From Octopus sinensis (taxonomy: Eukaryota), in assembly GCF_006345805.1 (NCBI RefSeq), contig NC_043014.1, positions 40,424,001-40,488,000 on the forward strand: a stretch of DNA of 64,000 bases. The letters are read 5' to 3'. Shown one piece after another: positions 37,187 to 48,862 of the stretch. Made by a program: the position numbers and the translations under genes. The stretch's first letter is position 1, and each line of letters starts with the position of its first letter. The notes under the pieces are model-generated. The model was not told where the DNA came from and did not search any database. It worked only from the letters and a program-made list of their open reading frames with translations.

Positions 37187-37920
37187 CTGTTGTGTCTGGG
37201 GAGAGTCATTTTCTTTTTGTGCCTTATAATGTAACACACTCACCGGTAAAATTTCCACTTATTTCTTATTTTTATTTTTCTAAAATTTTCGTTGTGTCTT
37301 GCAATCTTTTCAATAGGCTTTCAGTAAAATAAAAATAAGAAATAAGTGGAAATTTTACCGGTGAGTGTGTTACATTATAAGGCACAAAAAGAAAATGACT
37401 CTCCCCAGACACAACAGAACATCCTTGTTGTTTCATGAAAATTTTTATTTTAACAGTGATGATACTGAGGAGAAGGAGGATGAGGAGGATGAGGAGCATG
37501 ATGATGATGGCATGGTGGTGGTGGTGAGGATGTGATGAGTGAGGTGGAGATGATGATTGTTAATGATAACAACAGTGGAGACAATGACGATGATATAACA
37601 TTATTAGTCACCATCATCATCTCCACCTCACTCATCACATCCTCACCACCACCAATGCCATCATCATCATGCTCCTCATCCTCCTCATCCTCCTTCTCCT
37701 CAGTATCATCACTGTTAAAATAAAAATTTTCATGAAACAACAAGGATGTTCTGTTGTGTCTGGGGAGAGTCATTTTCTTTTTGTGCCTTATAATGTAACA
37801 CACTCACCGGTAAAATTTCCACTTATTTCTTATTTTTATTTTACTGAAAGCCTATTGTAAAGGTTGCAAGACACAACGAAAATTTTAGAAAAAAAAAATA
37901 AGAAATAAGTGGAAATTTTA
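37187..37920. repeat. Nested inverted repeat (arms of about 310 bp enclosing a hairpin with arms of about 92 bp)
   Basis: 37247-37557 is the reverse complement of 37613-37920; 37187-37279 pairs with 37326-37417. Confidence 0.9.
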
Positions 37921-38020
37921 NNNNNNNNNNNNNNNNNNNNNNNNNNNNNNNNNNNNNNNNNNNNNNNNNNNNNNNNNNNNNNNNNNNNNNNNNNNNNNNN
38001 NNNNNNNNNNNNNNNNNNNN
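37921..38020. other. Assembly gap (100 N)
   Basis: Run of N in the sequence. Confidence 1.
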
Positions 38021-38314
38021 TTGTGGTTTTTAATGAAATTAATATTAAAGCTGTGGTAGATTTCCATTGTAAACAATAATGTTATTTTGATCTACCCAAG
38101 GTGAAAGTTGATCTTACATTCACATATATCAAGTCAATGAAATTTGAATCAAAACATGAATGTATACACGAGAGAATTTTGCAAAACTAAAAATAAACGA
38201 AGCATTCATTTTATACAATGAGAAATCATTTAACAGAATTTTTCCTAAATATTTTCTGTGCTAGATTAAAAAATGCAATGTTAGGCATGCATAATCAATT
38301 ATTCATATAACCAA

Positions 38315-38720
38315 TGGTGCAGGAGTGGCTGTGTGGTAGGTAGCTTGCCTACCAACCACATGGTTCCGGGTTCAGTCCCACTGTGCGGCACCTTGGGCGA
38401 GTGTCTTCTACTATAGCCTCGGGCCGACCAAAGCCTTGTGAATGGATTTGGTAGATGGAAACTGAAAGAAGCCCATCGTATATATGTATATATATGTATG
38501 TGTGTGTGTATATGTTTGTGTGTCTGTGTTTGTCCCCCCCAACATCGCTTGACGACCGATGCTTGTGTGCTTACGTCACCGTAACTTAGCGGTTCGGCAA
38601 AAGAGTCTGATAGAATAAGTACCCGGCTTACAAAGAATAAGTCCTGGGGTCGATTTGCTCGACTAAAGGCGGTGCTCCAGCATGGCCACAGTCAAATGAC
38701 TGAAACAAGTAAAAGAGTAA
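38315..38720 (+). mobile_element. SINE family C, full length
   Basis: Matches family C. Confidence 0.85.
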
Positions 38721-39013
38721 TGGTTATTTTACTGAACAGGAAGCTGTCAAAATCAGTTGGAAATCATCATCATCGTCAATATTGTAACTTGCACTTTTCC
38801 ATGGTTGCATGGATTGGATGAAATTTGTTGAGGTAGATTTTCTACAGCCATATATAACTTTCCGGGCACCAACCCTCACCTGCTTCCAAGTAAAGTAACA
38901 TTTCCCAAATGGTCAAGCATGCCTCCGTGGCAGAATCGTCCAAAATGAAGGATACCACTTTGCATGACAGTGAAACTTGTTCACAGCTGACATGCAATGT
39001 CAAAGCAAATAAC

Positions 39014-39566
39014 ATGCACACACACACACACAGATACACACTCACACAGACACACACACACACAGATACACACTCACACAGACACACACACACTCTCACA
39101 CACACACACAAGCACATACAGACACACACACTCACACACACTCACACAGACTCACACACACACAGACACACACACATAGACACAGACACACGCACTCACA
39201 AACACAGACATACACACAGACAGACACACACACTCATACAAACACACAGACACACACACACACAGACACACACACACACAAACACATACAGACACACACA
39301 CTCACACACACATACACACTCACACACACACAAATACACACACACTCACACATACACGCACACACAGACACAGACACACACTCACAAACACAGACACACA
39401 CACAGACAGACACACACACTCATACAAACACACAGACACACACACACAGACAGACACACACGCACACTCACAAACACACAGACGCACACACACAGACACA
39501 CACACATAGACACAGACACACACACACACACACACATACTCACACACACACACACACGCACACACA
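39014..39566. repeat. Degenerate (CA)n-rich tract
   Basis: Directly visible; abuts a minus-strand SINE C head. Confidence 0.95.
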
Positions 39567-40176
39567 GAGTTACTTTCAGTTTCCATCTGCCAAATTCAAC
39601 CTCAAGTCTTTTGCTCGCTCAGGGCTATATAGTAGAAGACACTTGCCCGAGATCCCATACAGTGGGATTGAACCCAGCAACATGTGGTTGGAAAACACAC
39701 TTCTTAGCCACACAGTTAAAAAAAAAACTCTTTTTGGTATTTAGTTATCCTTCTTTATATTCTTCAAGATTGTCTTAGTTTCCTGAGTTGATAAAATAAG
39801 TGAAAGCACTCCGTTGGTTGATCCGATCAACGGAACAGCCTGCTCGTGAAATTAATGTGTAAGTGGCTGAGCACTCCACAGTCCCCTAACGTAGTTCTCG
39901 GGGATATTCAGCGTGACACAGAGAGTGACAAGGCCGGCCCTTTGAAATACAGGTACAACAGAAACAGGAAGTAAGAGTGAGAGAAAGTTGTGCTGAAAGA
40001 GTACAGCAGGGATCACCACCATCCCTGCCGGAGCCTCGTGGAGCTTTAGGTGTTTTCGCTCAATAAACACTCACAACGCCCGGTTTGGGAATCGAAACTG
40101 CGATAAAATAAGTAGCAATAATGTGGCTGGTACTTCAATCACCTCCTCTCTTTCTCAAACCCTAGTTAAGGGCTGG

Positions 40177-40760
40177 TTGGTGGCGTACTGGCAGAAATGT
40201 TAGCATGCTGGGCGAAATGCTTAGCAGTATTTCGTCTGCTGCTACGTTCTGGGTTCAAATTCCACCCGAGGTCGACTTTGCCTTTCATCCTTTCGGGGTC
40301 GATAAATTAAGTACCAGTTATGCACTGGGGTCGATGTAATCGACTTAATCCGTTTGTCTGTCCTTGTTTGTCCTCTCTGTGTTTAACCCCTTGTGGGTAG
40401 TAAAGAAATTGGTAAGGGTTGGTGACAGGAAGGGCATTCCTCTATAAAAAAATCTGCTTCAGTAAACTCTTTTAAGTACCAGTTATGCACTGGGGTCGAT
40501 GTAATCGACTTAATCCGTTTGTCTGTCCTTGTTTGTCCCCTCTGTGTTTAGCCCCTTGTGGGTAGTAAAGAAATAGGTATTTCGTCTGCTGCTACGTTCT
40601 GAGTTCAAATTCCACCCGAGGTCGACTTTGCCTTTCATCCTTTTGAAGTCGATAAATTAAGTACCAGTTATGCACTGGGGTCGATGTAATCGACTTAATC
40701 CGTTTGTCTGTCCTTGTTCGTCCCCTCTGTGTTTAGCCCCTTGTGGTAGTAAAGAAATTG
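40177..40760 (+). mobile_element. SINE family B multimer
   Basis: Head plus repeated body units, nested in an RTE tail. Confidence 0.8.
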
Positions 40761-40933
40761 GCAAGGGTTGGTGACAGGAAGGGCATTCCTCTATAAAAAA
40801 AACTCTGCTTCGGTAAACTCTTTTTGACCCATGCAAGCATGGAAAAGTGGACCTTAAAACAATGATGAGCAATGCAAGCTGTTCGATAATAAACCCCTTA
40901 CACGTTTTCTTTTTACTTTTACATTTAATTTAG

Positions 40934-41160
40934 GTCGATGAACAGTTTCGTCTTCGTTCCTTGAAATTTCCGGGTCTCATCTCTGGTTGTACAATTGATT
41001 GGTTTCAACGCTGGCCAAAGGATGCACTTGTGGCTGTTGCTAATCACTTCATTTCTAATTTCGAAATTGCATGTACAGATGAAGTAAAGAGAGAGCTCGT
41101 ATATGCAATGGGTTCCTTTCAGCATGGTGTGTCTGAATGCTGTACTGAATATTTCCATAG
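40934..41160 (+). CDS. DNAH5: Dynein heavy chain exon ([28 protein letters not shown]...EYFHR)
   Basis: TAG acceptor, GTAACT donor, 227 nt, phase 0-2. Confidence 0.94.
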
Positions 41161-41546
41161 GTAACTACATGTGTTTTTATACAAGATTTAAATTTTTATA
41201 CAAGATTTAAATTTTACAGCTTTTATTTGCTAAAGATGTATTACACACACACACAATGAAGTCAAACCAAGTAATAATGTTTTGAATGTCCATAGAGTGT
41301 TCAAGTTGACCCCTTGAGAATATATTCACCCACTGCCATAGGTGAATGATATAGGTATGTATGTATATATGTATATACGTGTGTATATACATAACAGTGG
41401 TGAAAAGTCCTGGCTCGTATATGCAATGGGTTCCTTTCAGAATGGTGTGTCTGAATGCTGTTCTGAATATTTCCATAGGTAACTACATGTATTTTTATAC
41501 AAGATATTTATTTAAATTTTACAGCTTTTATTTGCTAAGAATGTAT

Positions 41547-41582
<36 letters not shown>

Positions 41583-41764
41583 CACACACACACACACACA
41601 CATACAATGGAGTCAAACCAAGTAATAATGTTTTGAATGTCCATAGAATGTTCAAGTTGATCCCTTAAGAATATATTCAGCCACTGCCATAGGTGAATGA
41701 TATATAGATATGTATGTATATATGTATGTATGTATATACATAACAGTGGTGAAAAGTCCTGGCT
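41095..41764 (+). repeat. Tandem duplication carrying the 3' end of exon 40934-41160 and its donor
   Basis: Unit 1 at 41095-41412, unit 2 at 41413-41764; GCT microhomology at the junction. Confidence 0.9.
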
Positions 41765-41944
41765 TTGGGTAAAATAAAATACAGGATCAGTTAATTGTGA
41801 TTTTATTCCCCTCTCAGATTCACACATTTATTGCAGCAGCCCTTCAGTTTTTCTAAGCTCTGTAAAAGACCTTGGAAAGTCGAGCCTCCAACCAGGCCAT
41901 TTGTGATACCCTTAGAACCCTGAATTTATTAGTAGCCCTCCATA
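41745..41944. mobile_element. Mariner-type MITE
   Basis: GGTGAAAAGTCCTGGCTTTGGG left end; degenerate right end finishing GCCCTCATA. Confidence 0.55.
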
Positions 41945-42173
41945 CACACACACACGTGTGTGTGTGTCTTTACTAAATTAACTTGATTTAGCAAAGACCA
42001 AAGTCTTAGCAGATAGGAAAACAGACAAATCACAAATCCCTTCAGGGAGATGGCCCTGCTTGGTACATAGAAACCCTTTAAGGTGGACCTGGTGTAAACT
42101 AAAGTGTAAATGTCAGATCATTGCATAATATATAAAAGGAATTCATCTAATACACAAGATCTTCTTCAGTTAA

Positions 42174-42394
42174 CCCTTTCGTTACCAACCTGGCTGAAAC
42201 CGGCTCTGGCTCTATAGTACAAATGTCTTGTTTTCATAAGTTCTGAATTAAAATCTTCCACCAAACCTTAGTCTCAATTTATGTTCCTAACATTAGCTTA
42301 GTGATAACTAAGTGATTTTACTAAATTCTTTGTTATATTTAAAGTAATTGAAAGAAACACAGAGCATCTCAAAATAAATACAGTAACGAAAGGG
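42174..42394 (+). mobile_element. piggyBac-like MITE with TTAA target duplication
   Basis: TTAA-CCCTTTCGTTAC..GTAACGAAAGGG-TTAA. Confidence 0.88.
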
Positions 42395-42826
42395 TTAAGA
42401 TATTTTAAAATATTTTGAAATGTTTTACCTAAGGATCTTGCATAAGTGATGATTTTCTTTTTACCTATTGTGCAATGATCTGAAATGAATATATATTAAA
42501 TGTTTCGAAAGTATTACTGGGTTTCATTTCATTAATATACATTATACAGCTCTATAACATACAAAGTATCCAGTTTTTAGTCTGTTTACCCAGATATACT
42601 AACAAGGATTTGGAGTGGTTTGTTCTATTTGACTTCAATTGAAAAAAGTTGGTAATTAGCATTTCTTCTAAGCATAACACAAAATTTATATAAACAGCTA
42701 ACACAAGTTTTAATCTTGTGATTTCTATAGTGTTATGAGTACAATGTAACTTTTATTTTGTAAATCATTAAATATGTATATATATATAAATAGAAATATT
42801 ACATTTCTACATATCTCAGAGAGATA

Positions 42827-43070
42827 TAAGCAGTAGTGGTACAATAGAGTAGTTGTATACTGTCAACTTAATGTGACAGTCCCATGAAGGAAATCACACC
42901 ACTGCTATTTAGCCATAGGAAGCATTAACGCTTCCTGTCAGCCTTGACACATTTCCTGTGTCCTTATGTTTACAAGGGGGAGACAAGCACTTCCACCCAG
43001 CTAAGCCTGCACCCAGAGACTAGTTTCTCAGTCTTTTCTCATCATCAGTCTGGAGTAGCAGTCTGGAGTC
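42827..43070 (-). mobile_element. Family E, structured short element with hammerhead motif (retrozyme-like)
   Basis: Aligns with 28925-29180; hammerhead motif at 43013-43053. Confidence 0.65.
43013..43053 (-). ncRNA. Minimal type I hammerhead ribozyme motif
   Basis: CCAGA-CTGATGA-TGAG aaaaga CTGA-GAAAC TA GTC-TCTGG. Confidence 0.7.
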
Positions 43071-43102
43071 CGTCCTATGATGGATGGATGGATGGACGGA
43101 CG

Positions 43103-43148
<46 letters not shown>

Positions 43149-43464
43149 TGTTTATGCTTATTGGTGTAATCTGATATGTGAAACACATAACTTAGCAATT
43201 TGGACGGACAGACGGATGTGTGTGTGTGTGTGTGAATTTTGCTTATTGGTGTAATCTGATATGTGAAATACATAACTTAGCAATTTGGTAAGCAGAGAAT
43301 TAAAAAAATAAATAGGACTGAAATAAGTATTGGGGGTGAAGGTGAATGACCAAAACCTTCGAGGGTGGTACCCCAGCATGGCCACAACTCAACAAGTTAA
43401 AACCAGTAAAAAGTAAAATAATAAAACAATATCATAATAAGCATTTTTCAAATCTACTTAACAG

Positions 43465-43583
43465 GTACCGAAGATCAACACATGTAACACCAAAATCTTA
43501 CTTGTCGTTCATAAATGGATACAAGACTATTTATACAGAAAAGAGAAAAGAACTTGGTGAAATGGTTGAGAGGATGAATACAG
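43465..43583 (+). CDS. DNAH5: Dynein heavy chain exon ([19 protein letters not shown]...RMNTG)
   Basis: CAG acceptor, GTAAGT donor, 119 nt, phase 2-1. Confidence 0.96.
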
Positions 43584-43654
43584 GTAAGTACAGGGGCCAG
43601 ACTAAGACCCCTAGAAAACCTGAACCCTTAAAAAATGTTGGTGTCCCCCATATA

Positions 43655-44062
43655 TAAGGAGTGGCTGTGTGGTAAGTAGCTTGTTTACCAACCACATGGT
43701 TCCAGGTTCAGTCCCACTGCGCGGCACCTTGGGCAAGTGTCTTCTACTATAACCTTGGGCCGACCAAAGCCTTGTGAGTGGATTTGCTAGACGGAAACTG
43801 AAAGAAGCCCGTCATATATATGTATATATATATATATGCGTGTGTGTGTTTGTGTGTCTGTGTTTGTTCCCCCAACATCGCTTGACAACCGATGCTGGTG
43901 TGTTTATGTCCCTGTTACTTAGCGGTTCGGCAAAAGAGACCGATAGAATAAGTACTGGGCTTACAAAAGAATAAGTCCCGGGGTCGAGTTGCTCGATTAA
44001 AGGCGGTGCTCCAGCATGGCCGCAGTCAAATGACTGAAACAAGTAAAAGAGTAAAAGAGAGA
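43655..44062 (+). mobile_element. SINE family C, full length
   Basis: Matches family C. Confidence 0.85.
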
Positions 44063-44099
44063 TATGTAATTCAAAATATAAACAATAATAAACCATTAA

Positions 44100-44545
44100 A
44101 TCATCATCATCGTTTAACGTCCGCTTTCCATGCTAGCATGGGTTGGACGATTTTGACTGGGGGCTGGCGAACCAGATAGCTGCACCAGGCTCCGATCTTG
44201 ATCTGGCAGAGTTTCTACAGCTGGATGCCTTTCCTAACACCAACCACTCCGAGAGTGTAGTGGGTGCTTTTTACGTGTCACCGGCACGGAGGCCAATCAG
44301 GCGGTACTGGCAACGATCTTGCTCGAATCTTTTTACACATGCCACGGCACAGGTGCCAGTAAGGCAACGCTGGTAACGATCATGCTCGAATGGTGCCTTT
44401 TACGTGCCAGTTTGCCGCTCTGGCAACGACCACGCTTGGATGGTGCTCTTAGCACCCTACTAGCACGGGCACAATTGCCAGTAAGGTGACACTGGAAACG
44501 ATCATACTCGAATGGTGCCTTTTATGTGCCACTGGCATGGAAGCC
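44100..44545 (-). mobile_element. RTE 3' UTR fragment
   Basis: (CAT)n tail then reverse-complement RTE tail with internal repeats. Confidence 0.75.
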
Positions 44546-45118
44546 TAACAATAAGATGGAAAATAATTTTTATTTGTGTGTACTTCCACTACTTATATTT
44601 GAAAAGTTTTCTTCTATTTCTTTTAATTGCAAAGTCTTTGGTCAGATCCTTACTTTGACACCATGAACTTTTCGAAATTATATTTTTGATCATGTAAACC
44701 ACTTTGAATAAAAATTTTGTAAGTTTAAAGTGATTTATTTTGTGCTGTAAGCCATTTACTATTTCTGGTGTCCCCCCCCCCTCTTGTGCTCTAAGTACAT
44801 GCTTATTTTGCTTAATGGTTAATCCAGTGCTGGGTAAATATATCATTGATCAAGTGTCTGCTTATGCTTGCATGGATTAGATGGTGTCCATGGAGACAGA
44901 TTTTCTACAGCCAAACACCCTTCCTATTGTCAACCCTTAGCAAAGTAATATTTACCCATAGCTGGCTATGTTTTGACCAAAGACTGGAAATGTGTGAGGG
45001 AAAACTGGAAACAATACCACTTGTATGACAGTGACCTTGTTTACGACTACCATGTAATGTTAGTAGCCCGCGCTCTTAACCACTATGCCATATGTCCATG
45101 TTTGATTCCAGGCAGTGA

Positions 45119-45163
<45 letters not shown>

Positions 45164-45534
45164 TGATGATGATGATGACAACAACAACCTTGGGTTAATT
45201 AATGCCTTCTGAATAGAAGTAGAATGTAACAGTGAAGGAACTCTTTTACTTGTTTCAGTCTTTTGACTGCAGCCATGCTGGAGCACCACTTTAGTCGAGC
45301 AAATCGACCCCAGGACTTATTCTTTGTAAGCCTAGTATTTATTCCATTGGTCTCTTTGCCAAACCGCTAAGTTATGGGGACATAAACCATCAGCATCTGT
45401 TGTCAAGTGATGTTTGATGGAGACAACACAGACACACAAACATATGCACACACATACATATATATACATATATATATAGTAGTAACATCGAAAAATACCT
45501 TAGGAATGAGAACCTAGGTTCGAAATTTCCCCTA

Positions 45535-45580
45535 GACACCTGATGAAGGCTGGAGGGTATATCAGCCGAAATATTGTGTT
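45535..45580 (+). ncRNA. Minimal type I hammerhead-like motif in a short TA-embedded element (about 45480-45630)
   Basis: GACAC-CTGATGA-A-GGCTG gagggtatat CAGCC-GAAA TAT T-GTGTT. Confidence 0.55.
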
Positions 45581-47544
45581 AACAACAAACAAGATGAGGA
45601 CAAATATCCGTCAAAAGTAAATAATGTCTGCAAACAATGTTTCGTTTTTTTTTTTTTTGTTTCTGTGCAAGTCACTCAATTCTTGTCTCTTCAGCCACCT
45701 ACACAATTTTTCCACAATAATAGTTCAGTGTACTCTTTGCCTATCAACCGATACTTTCGATTATTCAATGTTCTCATTTGTCCCCATTGTATGAAATGAA
45801 GTATATCACTTAGTTTTGTGCTAGTATATCATTTTGTTTCATGCTAGAGCATGAGTTACCTCATGGTAACCTACTTTTGACTGTTGCTCAAATGTGTGTT
45901 GTTGGTATTTTTTTACATCACAATTGTTGACATAATGACCTACTTTTTGTTTCATTTTACTAACATTCTCTGAAGATATGATGGCCACAACTTCTACCTC
46001 ATCCTAATCCTGAAATGCCATGCAATTGATTCAATCACTGCTTTGCATGGATGAACAATTTTCAATTAACATACGTGTTTAAACGAAAGCCAATTACAAT
46101 ACATCTTCTACTTAAACCAGTATATCACTGTTTAATGAGCTCCTCTCTCCTTTCTCTCACACACAAACAATCACATACACATAAGTGTTCTTAAATAGTG
46201 GAGACAGATAAATAGACAGCACATAAGAATAGTCTGCTTTGAAAGGTTGTATTAGTCTATAAAACTTTAAAAATATCAACAAGCTTGACTGAAATACCAG
46301 CTCTGTGATACACATTTCTATAGTATTAGATTATATAACTTTTAAAGTGTTTGCTTTGTTAGGTTAGAGGGATAGAGAAATATTCACCATTGGAGGAAGT
46401 TTATTGTGTAAAGGTACAGTGAGTCATAGAAAGCTAAATGAGCTGTACAGGTGCTTGCTTAATCTTGGAAGTGCTTCTTGCAGGATCACCTTGAGTAAGC
46501 ATTGGTGATAAGGAGGATTATTTTAAAGTTGGTATTTATTCTCAGATAGCAATATGGAAAGTACAGGAGCTGTATTCAGAGTGTATATCACACAAAAGCA
46601 ATCCTTTACATACTTTCTTTGTAGATGATACTGTTGTGTGGTAATTAGTGGTTGTTTCAACTCAGCCCACATGTTGTAAGAGATAGTCTCTACTGCTACA
46701 GCTACAATGATAATATGTAATCTTACATTTGAACTAAAGAGTGGATTAAACCATATTATATTCCATTTTCTAAATGTGAAACAGTTGCCCCTGCTTAGGC
46801 GAGAAACTGATCTTATAGAATATCAACTTTGCTCTCAAACATCATAATAATAAGAGGCAGCTTTATAAAGTTTTGCAATATCTGAAATTAAATTTTGTAA
46901 CTTTGAAAGCTTTGTTAAATTTAATTAAAAAGTGCAGAGACATGCACTAGTTCCAAATTTTGGTTGAATTCAGTTCAGTTCCAATTTTCGTTTGGTTCCA
47001 CTTAGATATATATATTTTGTGGGGTAGCATTGTGGAAGCTAAAGCAGTGACTCATAGAGATTAGATTTTGGATGCAAAACAAACAGCTTCTCAGGTGCAA
47101 AAAATATGAGTTACAATGTGCAGTTTCCATACAAAAGATATAATTTTCCTTCAAATTTAATAAAAATGTCAAGATTATTTATAAATTTAATGCATAAACA
47201 TGTTATTTTAAGTTCATTAAATGGTAAAGTACACGTGTCATTTTCAACATAGAATTTATTTTTTACTTGTGAAGTCAAGCATAGTTTTCTCTGTTTATTT
47301 TCATACTAAATTGTAAAAATTAATCAATACAAATAATTAATAATTAAAATAATAAACACTATTTCTTAGCACCAAATTTAGGACTCTGAATTATGTTAGA
47401 AAAATTAATCAAATAAATAATAATTCAATAAATTAATTGAATTAGACACTGAAAATTTATAATTGTCAAATTTATTAGATGAAAAACATTTCTTATTTTT
47501 TACTTAAATAATTTATAAAATGACTGTTTGCATTTGAATGATCG

Positions 47545-47997
47545 TTGACAGAGCGGCTATTCGAATATGATCGTTACCAGTGTCGCCTTACTGACACTTA
47601 TGCCTGTACTCGTAGGGTGCCAAGAACACCATCTGAGCGGGATCGTTGTGATCATTGCCAGAGCAGCCAACTGGCTCCGTACCCGTGGCACGTAAAAGGG
47701 CACCATTCAAGCGTGATCGTTACCAACGTCGCTTCACTGGCACCTGTGTTGGTGGCACGTGTAAAAAGATTCGAGCGAGGTCATTACCAGTACCGCCTGA
47801 CTGGCCCCCGTGCAGATGGCACGTAAAAAGCACCCACTACACTCTCGGAGTGGTTGGTGTTAGGAAGGGCATCCAGCTGTAGAAACTCTGCCAGATCAAG
47901 ACTGGAGACTGGTGCAGCCATCTGGTTGCCAGCCCTCAGTCAAAACCGTCCAACCCATGCTAGCATGGAAAATGGACGTTAAATGATGATGATGAAT
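47545..47997 (+). mobile_element. RTE 3' UTR fragment with internal repeats and (GAT)n tail
   Basis: Similar to the other RTE tails. Confidence 0.75.
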
Positions 47998-48862
47998 ATC
48001 AACAGAACAAAACAAAATTCAAAATCTATTAAAAAGTTATCAAAAATTCATATGTATTGTTTTTTAGTTTTATTGATTTTTAAACTATTTACATAATTTT
48101 GTACTGTTATTGTTCTCAAATTTCTATCCCTGTTCCCGTGAGCATCATGCCTGAATGTAGCAAAGAACTTAACATCAACATTTTCTTCACACATTTTGAG
48201 TTCATTAGCATTTTTATATCATTGACATTTTGCTAATTATGAAATTTACTTCTTGACTATAGTTTACTAAAAAATACGTTTTCTGTTTGTAAGAAGCTTT
48301 GCCTGTAAAAAGAGTGGACTAGCAGGGAAAATAGGGCCATGGATATGACAATATTCTTAACAAATTGAATAGAAAAAAGTACAAGATGAGAGATAGAAGC
48401 TTTAAAAATAGGTTGCGCAACCACTCATCTATATATATATACACTCACGGAGTGGTTGGCGTTAGGAAGGGCATCCAGCCGTAGAAACACTGCCAGATCT
48501 GACTGGGCCTGATGAAGCCTTCCAGCTTCACAGACCCCAGTTGAACCGTCCAACCCATGCTAGCATGGAGAACGGACGCTAAATGATGATGATGATGATG
48601 ATGATATATATATATAATATATATATATATATGTATGTAAAGCTACGAAGAAATCACAAAAACTTATTCAGAGTTTCACATTCCTATTCGTCAAACAAAC
48701 AGGAACGTGAAACTCTGAGTAACAGATTTTGTGATGTTTTGCAGCTTTATTAATAAAGCATTTTACTCTGCCTTTGGTATTCGAGTACTATTTTTTCCAC
48801 CTTGTTTCACATTTATGTGCTTACTCTGTTATACATATATATATATATATTATTTATGCTCC

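Noticed and set aside
38021-38270. AG-GTGAAAGTT.. stretch after the gap as a candidate for the missing AAA4 exon
   Set aside because: The translation (VKVDLTFTYIK..) does not resemble the expected segment and reaches a stop.
38909-39778. 289-aa His/Thr-rich ORF and similar ORFs at 59810-60522 and 62843-63715
   Set aside because: They are readings of CA, TG or TA microsatellites that lack stops by composition, with no protein signal.
48505-48535. CTGATGA inside an RTE tail
   Set aside because: It is a variant of CCTGGTGCAGCC seen in other copies and has no GAAA box.
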